DNA of 64,000 nucleotides from Nitrospirae bacterium MYbin6 (GTDB taxonomy: Bacteria > Nitrospirota > Thermodesulfovibrionia > Thermodesulfovibrionales > Magnetobacteriaceae), in contig PEAC01000006.1 in the NCBI GenBank assembly GCA_002753305.1, forward strand, positions 265 through 64,264. Reading direction: 5' to 3'. Of this stretch, positions 1 to 10,039 are shown in pieces (position 1 is the stretch's first letter; each line of letters opens with the position of its first letter). A program made the position numbers and the translations under genes. The notes under the pieces are model-generated. The model was not told where the DNA came from, made no database searches, and was given only the letters and a program-made list of their open reading frames with translations.

Positions 1-265
1 GCAGAGCAGGCACTATCACACCGTTCGAAAAGAGTCTCGGGTGCGGAAAGAGCACTTCCCGCGCTAGTTCGGATTCGAGCAAATGAGAGGCTGCTATGAT
101 AACATGTCCTTTTATAAGAACAAGAAGCTTCAGTTTTCGCTCAATGTTGTGACGAATGGATTCCAATTCCGCTGCGGACAAAACCAATTGTGAATAGCTC
201 ACCCTATCAAATTCTGTGAAATAAACACGACTTGCTTTAATAGACTTTGGAGAGACCAAATTCAT
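1..265 (-). CDS. Hypothetical protein, N-terminal part; runs off the window edge (not in ORF track)
   Basis: AGGAGG RBS then ATG at 265; open frame MNLVSPKSIKASRVYFTEFDRVSYS...GVIVPAL to the window edge, co-oriented downstream of the TA pair. Confidence 0.7.
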   Translation of the reverse strand, partial: MNLVSPKSIKASRVYFTEFDRVSYSQLVLSAAELESIRHNIERKLKLLVLIKGHVIIAASHLLESELAREVLFPHPRLFSNGVIVPAL

Positions 266-297
266 TCATCTCCTCCTTTGGTAGATTTGCTCCGGCG

Positions 298-633
298 CTA
301 TCGATTCACCGCCAAAGCCGAAAGTATTTTTATCTGTACTTCTCTTAAATCCATCGATCTTAGACTACCAATGCGGTGGCGCACTAAACTTGGTTCAATA
401 GTAGCTAATTTAATCCTCACCCAAGAAGGCAATAATAGATTAGCTCCCTGCCAGTCCTTAATCTCATAGTCATAAACAGTGGTTTGAGGCATAGACGTAA
501 TCATAGCGATAATAACGTTCCCAGTTTCCATTTCATAATTGCTTTCGCTGACAACTAAAGCCGGCCTGGTTTTAGTAGCCGTTAAATCAGTAAAAGGGAA
601 AGGAACTAAGACTATATCCCCTTTTTTATACAT
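298..633 (-). CDS. PemK/MazF-family type II toxin (endoribonuclease)
   Basis: MYKKGDIVLVPFPFTDLTATKTRPALVVS is the typical PemK N-terminus; ATG at 633 overlaps the antitoxin stop (ORF track start 657). Confidence 0.9.
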   Translation of the reverse strand: MYKKGDIVLVPFPFTDLTATKTRPALVVSESNYEMETGNVIIAMITSMPQTTVYDYEIKDWQGANLLLPSWVRIKLATIEPSLVRHRIGSLRSMDLREVQIKILSALAVNR

Positions 634-832
634 GATATTTTTCGTGCCAGTGGTCATAAACGGAGTCTATATCGTTATCCCAATCACGAGTAAAGCTGGG
701 TAAAGATAAGCCTGACCACTCTTTAGTTGAATCTAAAGACGACTGAACCGCACCTTGTTTTAATACATCTACCAGTTCTTTTATCTTCCTGGCTGTTTCT
801 TCTGGCAACCCTTTAACATCAATGACCTCCAT
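626..832 (-). CDS. Putative antitoxin (DUF2281-like)
   Basis: 68 aa, AGGAGG RBS, acidic C-terminus (DWDNDIDSVYD), immediately upstream of and overlapping the toxin. Confidence 0.75.
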   Translation of the reverse strand: MEVIDVKGLPEETARKIKELVDVLKQGAVQSSLDSTKEWSGLSLPSFTRDWDNDIDSVYDHWHEKYHV

Positions 833-952
833 TTCTATATCCTCCTTTGCTTGATTTAATATAACATGTTTTATGTTAAAAAGGGGATAAAGGGCATTGA
901 CAAAGCTGACAGGCGACTATTCCATCATGGCAGTACGGCGTATACGGCGCGA

Positions 953-3463
953 TTACACATTGATGTCGACGGGTTTGACCGACCAGATGTCCCTGGCGTA
1001 CCCTTTAATCGTCCTGTCGCTTGAGAAGAATCCCGAGTTTGCTACGTTTAGTATGGACATCTTTGTCCACCTTGTCTGGTCTTTATATGCCTCGGCAACG
1101 CGCTCCTGGCATTTGGCGTATGACTCGAAATCAGCCAATACCATGTAATTGTCTCCGTGGTACAAGAGGGACTCTACGATGGGCTTGAAGAGGTTTGCGT
1201 CGTTTCTTGAGAAGTAACCGTTACTTATCATGTCGATGGCCTGTTTGAGTTCGGCATTGCGTTCATAGTATTCACGAGGGTTGTAGCCGCGCTGTTTTAG
1301 TTCCGTTACCTGAGAGGCCGTCATGCCGAAGATAAAAATGTTGTCGTCACCGACGTTTTGTTTCAGCTCTATGTTTGCGCCGTCGAGGGTTCCGATGGTT
1401 AGTGCGCCATTCAGGGCAAACTTCATGTTGCCGGTACCGGAGGCCTCTGTCCCTGCCGTTGATATCTGCTCGGAGAGCTCGGCAGCCGGCAGCACCTGCT
1501 CGGCCAATGAGACCGAATAGTTCTCCATAAAAAACACCACGAGCAGGTCCTTAGTGTCCGGGTCTGTGTTAACCATTTCGCCGATGGAGTTGATGAGTTT
1601 GATGATGAGTTTGGCCATGAAGTATCCCGGTGCGGCCTTGCCTCCGAATATCGACGCCCTCGGTACGAAGTGCCTTAAGACCGCTGAGTTGCCGCTCTTG
1701 TGGGCGGACTTTATCCGGTTATAGAGCACTACGGCGTGAATGGCATTAAGCAACTGTCTTTTGTACTCGTGCATGCGCTTGAAGTGGCAGTCAAATATGG
1801 AATCGACGTTTAAATAAACCCCTTTTCTATCCTTGATGCAGTGTGCCAGGAGCTTTTTGTTATCCTGTTTAATGGTGCGCCATTTATTTTGAAAATCTGC
1901 GTTATCGGCAAGCGGTATCAGTTTTGCCAGCTCATTGAGATTACTTACCCAGGCATCGCCGATATGTTCGGTTATCAGCTCGGATAGAGATGGGTTGCAG
2001 AGCCTGAGCCACCTGCGTTGAGTGATGCCGTTTGTCTTGTTGTTGAATTTCTCCGGCCAATATTCATAAAAATCTCTGAACAGTTCTTTTTTAATAATCT
2101 CCGTGTGCAGGGCACTAACACCGTTAACCGAGTGGCTCCCAATGATTGAGAGATTGGCCATGCGCACCTTTTTCTCTTCCCCTTCCTCAATAATCGACAT
2201 GCGGCTTAGTTTGCCTGAGTCATCAGGGTATCTTTCACCGACCCCTTTAAGAAAGCGAAAGTTGATTTCATATATAATCTCAAGATGCCGCGGCAGTACG
2301 CGTTCAAAGAGCGACACCGGCCATCTCTCAAGGGCCTCAGGAAGGATTGTGTGGTTGGTGTATCCAAATGTCTCCGTAGTTATCTCCCACGCCGCGTCCC
2401 AATCCAGCCCCTCTATGTCGACAAAGATTCTCATCAGCTCTGCGATGGCAATGGACGGATGTGTGTCATTAAGCTGAATGGCGGCCTTGGCGGTGAAATC
2501 TCTGTATTGTATGGGTGTTGCCCTGTTTTTCTTAAAACGGCGGACGATGTCCTGAAGTGTGGCCGAGACAAAGAAATACTCCTGCTTCAGGCGCAGTTCC
2601 CTGCCCTCAAAGACGTTGTCATTAGGATAGAGTACCTTTGAGATGGTCTCCGTAAGCACCTTGTCTGCAACTGCCCGTTCATAGTCTCCATGCTGGAAGT
2701 AGCCGAGGTCGAAATCCCTGGTGGACTTTGCCCCCCAGAGGCGCATCGTATTTACAGTGTTATTCTGATAACCCGGGACGGCAGTGTCATAACCCAGGGC
2801 CACGACGTCTTGTGTCTCTACCCAACTGCATATAAACTTTCCGGTCTTGTCGGTGTATTTATTTACCCTGCCGTAGAATTTTACGATAAAAAGATACTCA
2901 GGCCGCTCTATCTCCCAGGGGTTGCCGTAGCGAAGCCAGTTATCAGGGGTCTCTATCTGGTAGCCATTGCGTATTTTCTGAAAGAATATACCGTACTCAT
3001 AGCGGATACCATATCCGTAGGCGGGGATTCCAAGCGTTGCCAGGGAGTCCAGGAAACACGCGGCAAGCCTGCCCAGGCCGCCGTTGCCCAAGCCCGGGTC
3101 CCACTCAAGCTCTCTGAGCTGTTCAAGGTCAAGGCCTATACTCAGCAATTCCTTTTGAACCTCTTCATATATGCCTAAATTTATTAGTACATTTCCTAAT
3201 GACCTGCCGATTAAAAACTCCAGGGAAAGATAGTATACCCTCTTTACGTCTTCATTGTAATAGGTCTGCTGTGTCTTTATCCATTTCACAACGAGCCTGT
3301 CTCGCACTGCCAGGGCCAGGGCCTTGTACTTGTCCCTCCTGGTGGCAGTGTATTTGTCCTTTGCCAGCGTATATTTCAGATGGCGTACGACAGAGGCATT
3401 GATGGATTCGCCCTCAGGTGTGGTTGACGCCACTTGCTTTTTATCTCTCTCAGGTTCAGCCAT
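953..3463 (-). CDS. glgP: Glycogen/starch/alpha-glucan phosphorylase
   Basis: GLGNGGLGRLAACFLDS, QLNDTHP and PLP-lysine motif EASGTGNMKF; start placed at ATG 3463 (MAEPERD) because a promoter lies within the longer ORF call. Confidence 0.97.
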   Translation of the reverse strand: MAEPERDKKQVASTTPEGESINASVVRHLKYTLAKDKYTATRRDKYKALALAVRDRLVVKWIKTQQTYYNEDVKRVYYLSLEFLIGRSLGNVLINLGIYEEVQKELLSIGLDLEQLRELEWDPGLGNGGLGRLAACFLDSLATLGIPAYGYGIRYEYGIFFQKIRNGYQIETPDNWLRYGNPWEIERPEYLFIVKFYGRVNKYTDKTGKFICSWVETQDVVALGYDTAVPGYQNNTVNTMRLWGAKSTRDFDLGYFQHGDYERAVADKVLTETISKVLYPNDNVFEGRELRLKQEYFFVSATLQDIVRRFKKNRATPIQYRDFTAKAAIQLNDTHPSIAIAELMRIFVDIEGLDWDAAWEITTETFGYTNHTILPEALERWPVSLFERVLPRHLEIIYEINFRFLKGVGERYPDDSGKLSRMSIIEEGEEKKVRMANLSIIGSHSVNGVSALHTEIIKKELFRDFYEYWPEKFNNKTNGITQRRWLRLCNPSLSELITEHIGDAWVSNLNELAKLIPLADNADFQNKWRTIKQDNKKLLAHCIKDRKGVYLNVDSIFDCHFKRMHEYKRQLLNAIHAVVLYNRIKSAHKSGNSAVLRHFVPRASIFGGKAAPGYFMAKLIIKLINSIGEMVNTDPDTKDLLVVFFMENYSVSLAEQVLPAAELSEQISTAGTEASGTGNMKFALNGALTIGTLDGANIELKQNVGDDNIFIFGMTASQVTELKQRGYNPREYYERNAELKQAIDMISNGYFSRNDANLFKPIVESLLYHGDNYMVLADFESYAKCQERVAEAYKDQTRWTKMSILNVANSGFFSSDRTIKGYARDIWSVKPVDINV

Positions 3464-3470
3464 AAACAGT

Positions 3471-3499
3471 ATAATACACATTGAAAACGGATTTGTCAA
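3471..3499 (-). promoter_or_regulatory. sigma70 promoter of glgP
   Basis: TTGACA(3499-3494)-17 nt-TATTAT(3476-3471). Confidence 0.65.
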
Positions 3500-3521
3500 C
3501 GCATTCCGGCACACCGATAAC

Positions 3522-3550
3522 TTGACAAATTACTTTAAAATATTTATTAT
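3522..3550 (+). promoter_or_regulatory. sigma70 promoter of the J-domain gene (divergent from glgP)
   Basis: TTGACA(3522-3527)-17 nt-TATTAT(3545-3550). Confidence 0.65.
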
Positions 3551-3558
3551 ATCTGCAG

Positions 3559-4452
3559 GTGAGTACTATGAATGAGATAGAGTTGTATGACGCATGTCGG
3601 GTGCTGTTTGGCAAGGAAGTGAGGATTGACAGGCAATTCCTCGAGTACATCCAGCCTTCAGGCGTCAAAAGTGCTTATCGTAAAATGGCACTTGCCACAC
3701 ACCCGGACAGGATTGCAGCAGTTGGGGTTAGCCTTCAGCCAGGTACGGCTGATTTCAGGGTAGTGGCGGACGCCTATGAGAAAATTTCGAAATATCTTAA
3801 ACTTAGAGAAGGCGGTTATAGATTAAGGTCTAACTCTGTCAACACTTATGGAGAAAGCATACAAAAAAACAATTATAACACAAGGACATGGCAAAGCAAG
3901 GATACTTTTCACAGTGGCTCTGCATGGCAAAACACACAGAAAAAAGAGGCCGCCGAAGTACCAAAATTTTCAGGAAAATATGGGTTTACTCAAAAAAATT
4001 CATTTACCTCTATAGATTCTCAAAAGACATCGACATATTCATATCAGCAGCAAAAAAGTATGCCAAAACGGAAACTTCGCATAGGCGAGTACTTATACTA
4101 TTCCGGCATTGTGGCATGGAAGGATTTGATAGCGGCAATTGTATGGCAGACAAAACAGAGGCAGCGCATCGGAGAGATCGCCGCTCGATGGGGATGGTTA
4201 ACCGAGGCAAAGATACTTGAGATCATGAAGAGCCGCCAGCGTGGTGAGCGTTTGGGCGACGCGCTTGTCAGGTTAAAAATTATTACCCCGTTCCAGTGTA
4301 ATATGCTCGTGTGGCAGCAGCAAAAAAGCCAAAACCCTATCGGTAAATACTTCACTGCCGAACATATTGTCTCTGAAAACGACCTGAGCCGCCATTTGTC
4401 GAACCTAAAGTTTCACAATCAGAACTTCTCCAAGCCCACAAGCTCAGGATAG
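3559..4452 (+). CDS. J-domain (DnaJ-like) protein with C-terminal MshEN-like repeats
   Basis: KSAYRKMALATHPD J-domain motif; C-terminal RIGEYL..G, RIGEIA..G, RLGDALV, PIGKYF repeats; start may be ATG 3568. Confidence 0.85.
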   Translation: MSTMNEIELYDACRVLFGKEVRIDRQFLEYIQPSGVKSAYRKMALATHPDRIAAVGVSLQPGTADFRVVADAYEKISKYLKLREGGYRLRSNSVNTYGESIQKNNYNTRTWQSKDTFHSGSAWQNTQKKEAAEVPKFSGKYGFTQKNSFTSIDSQKTSTYSYQQQKSMPKRKLRIGEYLYYSGIVAWKDLIAAIVWQTKQRQRIGEIAARWGWLTEAKILEIMKSRQRGERLGDALVRLKIITPFQCNMLVWQQQKSQNPIGKYFTAEHIVSENDLSRHLSNLKFHNQNFSKPTSSG

Positions 4453-4454
4453 CA

Positions 4455-4889
4455 TCAAACGGTGAAATCTCTCATGTTGTCTTTCTTAAACCCTTTTATG
4501 GCCCTGTAAGTAATGAAATAAAACCACGGTGAGAGTTTAAAATACTTCAGATTGCTAAATTGATCCAACAGGACATGAATGACAGCCCCACATAAAATTC
4601 CCAGGGTTGCCTTAGACCTGGTGTAATATGCTATAAATCCCAACAATATAAACAACTCATAGGAGTGAAATATGAGTGTGATTTTAGTCCATCTCATTTC
4701 ATAACACCATGAGTTGAAATTTTGTATGCTGTACCGCTCGCCGGAAAATACGAGAAAATCGAATATGTGGTCTATGTCGATGAACACGCCTGATATAAAG
4801 GTTGCTACGGCAGCCTGCCATGAATTGGTAATCGCGTACATAACACTGCCAAGCGCCGCGGACGTATAAGTATGCACAATAACTGTCAA
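4455..4889 (-). CDS. Small membrane protein (metal-dependent hydrolase-like)
   Basis: AGGAGG RBS + TTG; several hydrophobic segments with H, DIDH, HS.E and H...D putative metal ligands. Confidence 0.6.
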   Translation of the reverse strand: MTVIVHTYTSAALGSVMYAITNSWQAAVATFISGVFIDIDHIFDFLVFSGERYSIQNFNSWCYEMRWTKITLIFHSYELFILLGFIAYYTRSKATLGILCGAVIHVLLDQFSNLKYFKLSPWFYFITYRAIKGFKKDNMRDFTV

Positions 4890-4904
4890 TTTGCTACCTC
4901 CTGT

Positions 4905-6131
4905 TTATATAAACATTGAAACAACGGACATTACGGTCAGAACGCACATTATTACTACTGTAGCCCATGCAATCGTGTTAAAGGTCCCCCGGTTTACGTA
5001 ATCCCCCATTATCTCTTTTTTATTGATCAGCATGAGCATAAAAAAAAGTACGAATGGAAGCATTATGCCGTTTATGACCTGCGAAATCCACATCACGGCT
5101 ATCAGCGGGATACCCGGAAAGAGGACAATTAACGCGCCAACAACAATAAAGATGGTATACAGGCTCATAAATATGGGCGCATCCCTGAAGGTCTTATTAA
5201 TACCGGCCTCAAAGCCCATTCCCTCACATATGTAGTAAGCCGTGGCAAGCGGCAAAATACACGCCGCGAACAAGGACGCATTGGCCAGGCCTACCGCAAA
5301 CAGAATTGAGGCATACTTCCCTGCTATCGGCTCAAGTGATACGGCGGCATCATTGGCGCTCTCTATGTGTATCCCGGCAGTAAACAGCGTTGCCCCACAG
5401 GCAACGATTATAAACAGGGCTATGATGTCCGTCATAAGGCACCCAACAATGACATCTATTCGCGACGCCCAGTAATTTTCCTTTTTCACGCCTTTCTCTA
5501 CGACCGAGGACTGAAGGTAAAACTGCATCCACGGCGCAATTGTCGTTCCAACAACACCAATCAGCGTTACAATGTATCCGGTGTCAAATTTAAACGTGGG
5601 TCTGATTGTCGCCATCGCAACCGCTGCCCAATCTGGCTTGGCAAGGAAGGCCGCTGGAATGTAGACGAGATAAACTACACAGAATATCATAAAAGTTAAC
5701 TCCACAAAACGATATGACCCCTTCACTATGAACAACCATACAATCAGTGCCCCTAATGGTACGGATATGTACTTGTTTACGCCAAATATTTCGTTGCTCG
5801 CGGCCCAGCCGGCAAACTCCGCCGCCGTATTTCCAATGTTCGTTATGGATAAAAACAACATCAGCCAGAAGGTAGCCTTCACGCCATAGTTTTCCCGTAT
5901 CAACTCGGCAAGCCCTTTGCCTGTTACTGCGCCCATTCTGGCGGACATCTCCTGCACAACTATCAGGGCCACAGTGATTGGTATCAGCGACCACAGGAGC
6001 GAATAGCCGTAGTGTGCCCCGGCTATTGAGTATGTCGTTATGCCGCCGGCGTCATTGTCGACGTTTGCGGTTATGATGCCCGGCCCTATGATTGACATAA
6101 GGATTGCCAGGTTTCTCAGGCGTTTCTTCAA
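4905..6131 (-). CDS. Nramp-family divalent metal transporter
   Basis: GPGIITANVDNDAGGITTYSIAGA, GTTIAPW and about 11 TM segments. Confidence 0.9.
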   Translation of the reverse strand: MKKRLRNLAILMSIIGPGIITANVDNDAGGITTYSIAGAHYGYSLLWSLIPITVALIVVQEMSARMGAVTGKGLAELIRENYGVKATFWLMLFLSITNIGNTAAEFAGWAASNEIFGVNKYISVPLGALIVWLFIVKGSYRFVELTFMIFCVVYLVYIPAAFLAKPDWAAVAMATIRPTFKFDTGYIVTLIGVVGTTIAPWMQFYLQSSVVEKGVKKENYWASRIDVIVGCLMTDIIALFIIVACGATLFTAGIHIESANDAAVSLEPIAGKYASILFAVGLANASLFAACILPLATAYYICEGMGFEAGINKTFRDAPIFMSLYTIFIVVGALIVLFPGIPLIAVMWISQVINGIMLPFVLFFMLMLINKKEIMGDYVNRGTFNTIAWATVVIMCVLTVMSVVSMFI

Positions 6132-6164
6132 TCAAACCCCTAGAACTGCCGTTGTGTTTGTGTG

Positions 6165-9100
6165 TTAATCAAATCCGGCGTGTTTAAACCGGAATATATT
6201 AGTCCAATAGTTCTCTCTGCTAACATACCCCAAGCCCTCCAGTACCGGCCTTATTTCTGCGTCATACATGGACGATATTACAATAAATGGGCGGATTCCT
6301 GCCTCGATTTTTTCATTGATTGTATTGGGTGGAAGGATCTCTATGCCCTTAACTTTTGTATGCCATTTCGACGAATTGTTGTCGATAAAACCTGAGACGG
6401 TGATATTCAGCGCTGATAGTATATTGAATGTCTGAAGCGCGCCTTTGCCTGTGCCCCAGATGAAACACGGGATATGGTTAGACCCGGCCAGTTGCCGCCT
6501 CAACTGCTCTACGTAGCGCCTTTGGTGTTGGGCGTGAATCTTCTCCGGGATGGTGGGCACACTGCCGGGGTTATGCCTCATCAGGCCGGTAAAGGCAGGT
6601 ATGTGCAATATTTTATATCGGGCGGCTATTGAGAGCCAAAGGCCGCGCTCACATGAGTAGTCAACTTCATCGCCAGGGTAGCCAATCTCATCGTGTACGG
6701 ATTTGCGCCACATGGGGTGCGCCCCAAGGTTCAAGTCAACGAGGAGTCTTTCGTATGTGGCGTCAGGTAGTTGTATGGCCCCTGTGCAGGTATGAAACTC
6801 AAAACTCTCGTGTGTGCCCATTGTCAGATATGTATCCCCATAGACGAGGGCCGCTGCCGGGGCTGCCATAAGGGCGGCTGACATCACCTCCAGGGCATTA
6901 CTGCCAAGCCGGCTGTGTTTAGGCACATGGATTATGAATTCCCCGTTTGAGGCCCTTAGCGCAATATTCCACATTTCCGGGGTAGAGCTGCCCTCGGGCG
7001 CGCATATGTAAACTGTATTTTTAACGATTTCTCGTGCCTTCTTTATAAAGAGGCCAGTATTGCCGGGGGTATCGTTATCGACATCTTTATCGATTATTAT
7101 CAGCTCAAGTGAGCCATAGATGGTTTGATTTGCAATGTCGGTGAGGGTCTCCTGGATGAAGCCCGATGTGTGGTGCGCAATGACGAATACTGTGGCCAGA
7201 GGATTGTCTTGCTTAATCGTGTGGATGGCCGGTTCGGCCTTTACAGGGTTGTCGGGCTCAGTGTCTGTTTTTTTCCATAATACGTTATATGAGAGCGTCT
7301 GCTTTCCCGTTTTATTGTAGAAATACAGGGCGCCGGGGTCAGACACCAACCATGAAATATCAACGTAGGGATGTGTGATATGTGGCCTCGAAAATACATA
7401 TGTCAGGAGGCCGTTTACACTGGCGGCCCCTGCCTCTATGGCCGCGTCAAAGAAAAACATGGCAAATGCCCCATGTCTCAGCAGGCGTTCGATGTCTTTA
7501 CAGGTACTCTCACATGCCGCCTGGCCCTCTGCTACGACGGCTATGAGGTCAAAGTAATTTGAAGGCAGTTGTGTGTTGAACCTGCCGATTTCGCTGCTGG
7601 ACAGGGTCCAGATTTCGTATTTACCGGTTAACTCAGCGAATGAGTGCGAAAAAGCGTCTCCGGCAATGAGTACCTTGCCTCCTTCCGGCAGGTTTGAGAT
7701 TGCAAATGCGGCCATAAGGTTATACCGGTAGTGTTCGATTGAGGCGTCTGCCGTATGAAGTCCCGCATTGTTGAAATAAGCGCTGTGGTATTGTTTTGAG
7801 TAGGTAAAGCAGGAAAAATTCTCCGGGCGGATTGAGTCATTGCACCTGAGGGCTGCCTCAGTTAAAGAGATAAGCCCGGGGGGTGAGCTGAGTGTGGCTG
7901 AATTATTTTTATTGAAAATCTCCACCTCGCGTTGGATTATAACTTTTGCCTCGGCATCATAGTCGGCGTAGTCGTAGCAGCCGCTTCCATCAGAGGCGGC
8001 CTTCGCGGTTTTCTGCGCGGGATGGTTTCGGATTCCGCCAATCAGGGCGTCGACACTGTAGAGTTCGGCAACGCGAAAAAACCGTGCCCAAAGCTCAAGG
8101 TCGCCGGCATAGCGCAGTGAACTGTCGAGGTATCCGCCTGCCGCCGCCCAGAGGCGCCTCCGCCAGAACGTGGACTCCTGCTGTATGTGCGGGGGGCCTA
8201 TCTGTCCGTTCAGGTAGTGTTGTCTCGACCACAGGGGGATGGGATTCAGCACTGCCGCGAGTGCCCCGTCGGCATTCCAGACGGTTGGGCGTCCCATAAT
8301 CCACTGAACCTCGCTGTATGCGCTGAACACCGTTGCGACAATCCACAGTGCGCCGCTATGGAGTTTATCGTCCGAGTTCAGCCAGCCCATGACCTCTCCG
8401 GTTGCGCGTCCCATGCCCTCATTTATGGCCGCGTACTGTCCGGCGTCGGGGGCGCTCCTTGAGCAGGCGATATGACGTTCGTATTTTTTTATTATCTCAA
8501 CTGAGTTGTCTGAACTGCCGCCGTCCATGATGATATACTCAAGATTTGGATAGCCCTGTGTAAGGATGGACAGGATACACTCCTCAAGATATCCCCCCTG
8601 ATTATATGATGGTGTTACCATTGTGATTTTTGGAAGGCGCTGCCGCAGGATGTCAAGCCTCAGGGCATCGGCAGTACGCGCCGCGTTCAGATCAAACGGG
8701 ACAATGCCGAGGTATGATTCGTAAAGGGCAAGTGTCGCATCGGCTGAGGCGGCTGCCCCTAGGCGCTCATGTATGGCGCTTATGGCCGTATTCGTACCCA
8801 CAGCGGCTTCATGGTGTTCAGCGGCTGACGGGATACGAAGCAGCCTGGGGATCTCGTTAAACGTATGTATGTTCACACGTTCTGTGTTGAGGAACTCCTC
8901 TGCGCGGCTCCAACCTGGTGTCGATTTGGGCCAGAGCGCTGCCCCTTGTGCGGCTATTTGGGGTTTATCAGATAGCGCATAAAGAGATGTCTCAATGGCC
9001 TTTGAGATTATCTCAGGGGCAATTGCCGTTATGCAATATTTCTCATTAAACTGGCATCTCCAGTTGCATCCATAGCATTGAAGCGGCAGGCACACTGCCG

Positions 9101-10028
9101 TCGTAAGTGGCGAGTAGGGGAGGAATCGGCCAAAGTGTCCGCCACCGAGGACTACCACGCTGCGTGTCCCCACGGCTGTGGCAATATGGGCGGCTGCCGA
9201 GTCTGAGGACAAGAGGAGTCGGCAGCGGCGTATTATTGCCGCCGTTTGGCGAAGTGTCAGCTTACCCGTCAGATTGTGGCACGTACCCTTAAATTTCTCA
9301 AATATCCCGCCTGAGACATTTACCGTATCCATGCCCCCTAAGAGTATTAATTTGAAGTCCGTAAAAGTCCTCAGCACCTCACTAAACGATGGATATATCT
9401 TGTAGTCATTTTGAGAGCCTGGCGCTACGGCCAGTGTGCCTGCGGTATTGAGGGCGTGGCGGTCAAAGAACTCATCGGCAAACCTCTCGTCCTCCGGGGT
9501 GCTCCATACGGCAGGGTGAAGATGTTGGGCCTCAATGCCAAAATGTCTCAGAAATGCGGCGTGCCGCTCTATTTCCGGCGTATTCCAGGGCATTGACGGC
9601 AGCAGTGCGCTATAGTAGCAGTTGTTGGAGCCTCTCAGCGGCTCGTCAATATTACAGAGGTCTCCAAGAAACCCCACCCTGTGTCTGGCTCCGCTTCTGG
9701 TTGCGAAGATATCGCCAATAAGTTCGCGTGAGTAGACAGAATTCATTGTAAGGTCCACGTCAAGGGCCTGCAGGCGCATGATGATGGTCTCACGGTAATG
9801 TGAGTCCGTGTAGGCAAGTGTCTTGTTAAACGATACTATGTGGTTGACATATGGGCAGGGGGCATATAGCTCTGCGATGTGACCCTGGCAGAGGACGGTA
9901 ACGCGGGCCTCCCGATATTTGGCGTGAATGGGGCCAAGCATTGAGGCGGCCAGGACATTGTCGCCAATAGAGTCCGTGCGTATCCACAGGATGTGGCGTG
10001 GGGCGTCTGGGCTGTTCTTGAGTCTCAC
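6165..10028 (-). CDS. Multidomain glycosyltransferase (GT9 + GT2 + degenerate GT2 + C-terminal Rossmann-like domain)
   Basis: RTDSIGDNVL and DSAAAHIA (GT9); VTPSYNQG...DGGSSD...WLNSDD (GT2); C-terminal FIWGTG...FIDNN. Confidence 0.88.
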   Translation of the reverse strand: MRLKNSPDAPRHILWIRTDSIGDNVLAASMLGPIHAKYREARVTVLCQGHIAELYAPCPYVNHIVSFNKTLAYTDSHYRETIIMRLQALDVDLTMNSVYSRELIGDIFATRSGARHRVGFLGDLCNIDEPLRGSNNCYYSALLPSMPWNTPEIERHAAFLRHFGIEAQHLHPAVWSTPEDERFADEFFDRHALNTAGTLAVAPGSQNDYKIYPSFSEVLRTFTDFKLILLGGMDTVNVSGGIFEKFKGTCHNLTGKLTLRQTAAIIRRCRLLLSSDSAAAHIATAVGTRSVVVLGGGHFGRFLPYSPLTTAVCLPLQCYGCNWRCQFNEKYCITAIAPEIISKAIETSLYALSDKPQIAAQGAALWPKSTPGWSRAEEFLNTERVNIHTFNEIPRLLRIPSAAEHHEAAVGTNTAISAIHERLGAAASADATLALYESYLGIVPFDLNAARTADALRLDILRQRLPKITMVTPSYNQGGYLEECILSILTQGYPNLEYIIMDGGSSDNSVEIIKKYERHIACSRSAPDAGQYAAINEGMGRATGEVMGWLNSDDKLHSGALWIVATVFSAYSEVQWIMGRPTVWNADGALAAVLNPIPLWSRQHYLNGQIGPPHIQQESTFWRRRLWAAAGGYLDSSLRYAGDLELWARFFRVAELYSVDALIGGIRNHPAQKTAKAASDGSGCYDYADYDAEAKVIIQREVEIFNKNNSATLSSPPGLISLTEAALRCNDSIRPENFSCFTYSKQYHSAYFNNAGLHTADASIEHYRYNLMAAFAISNLPEGGKVLIAGDAFSHSFAELTGKYEIWTLSSSEIGRFNTQLPSNYFDLIAVVAEGQAACESTCKDIERLLRHGAFAMFFFDAAIEAGAASVNGLLTYVFSRPHITHPYVDISWLVSDPGALYFYNKTGKQTLSYNVLWKKTDTEPDNPVKAEPAIHTIKQDNPLATVFVIAHHTSGFIQETLTDIANQTIYGSLELIIIDKDVDNDTPGNTGLFIKKAREIVKNTVYICAPEGSSTPEMWNIALRASNGEFIIHVPKHSRLGSNALEVMSAALMAAPAAALVYGDTYLTMGTHESFEFHTCTGAIQLPDATYERLLVDLNLGAHPMWRKSVHDEIGYPGDEVDYSCERGLWLSIAARYKILHIPAFTGLMRHNPGSVPTIPEKIHAQHQRRYVEQLRRQLAGSNHIPCFIWGTGKGALQTFNILSALNITVSGFIDNNSSKWHTKVKGIEILPPNTINEKIEAGIRPFIVISSMYDAEIRPVLEGLGYVSRENYWTNIFRFKHAGFD

Positions 10029-10039
10029 TGGGGCCGCCG

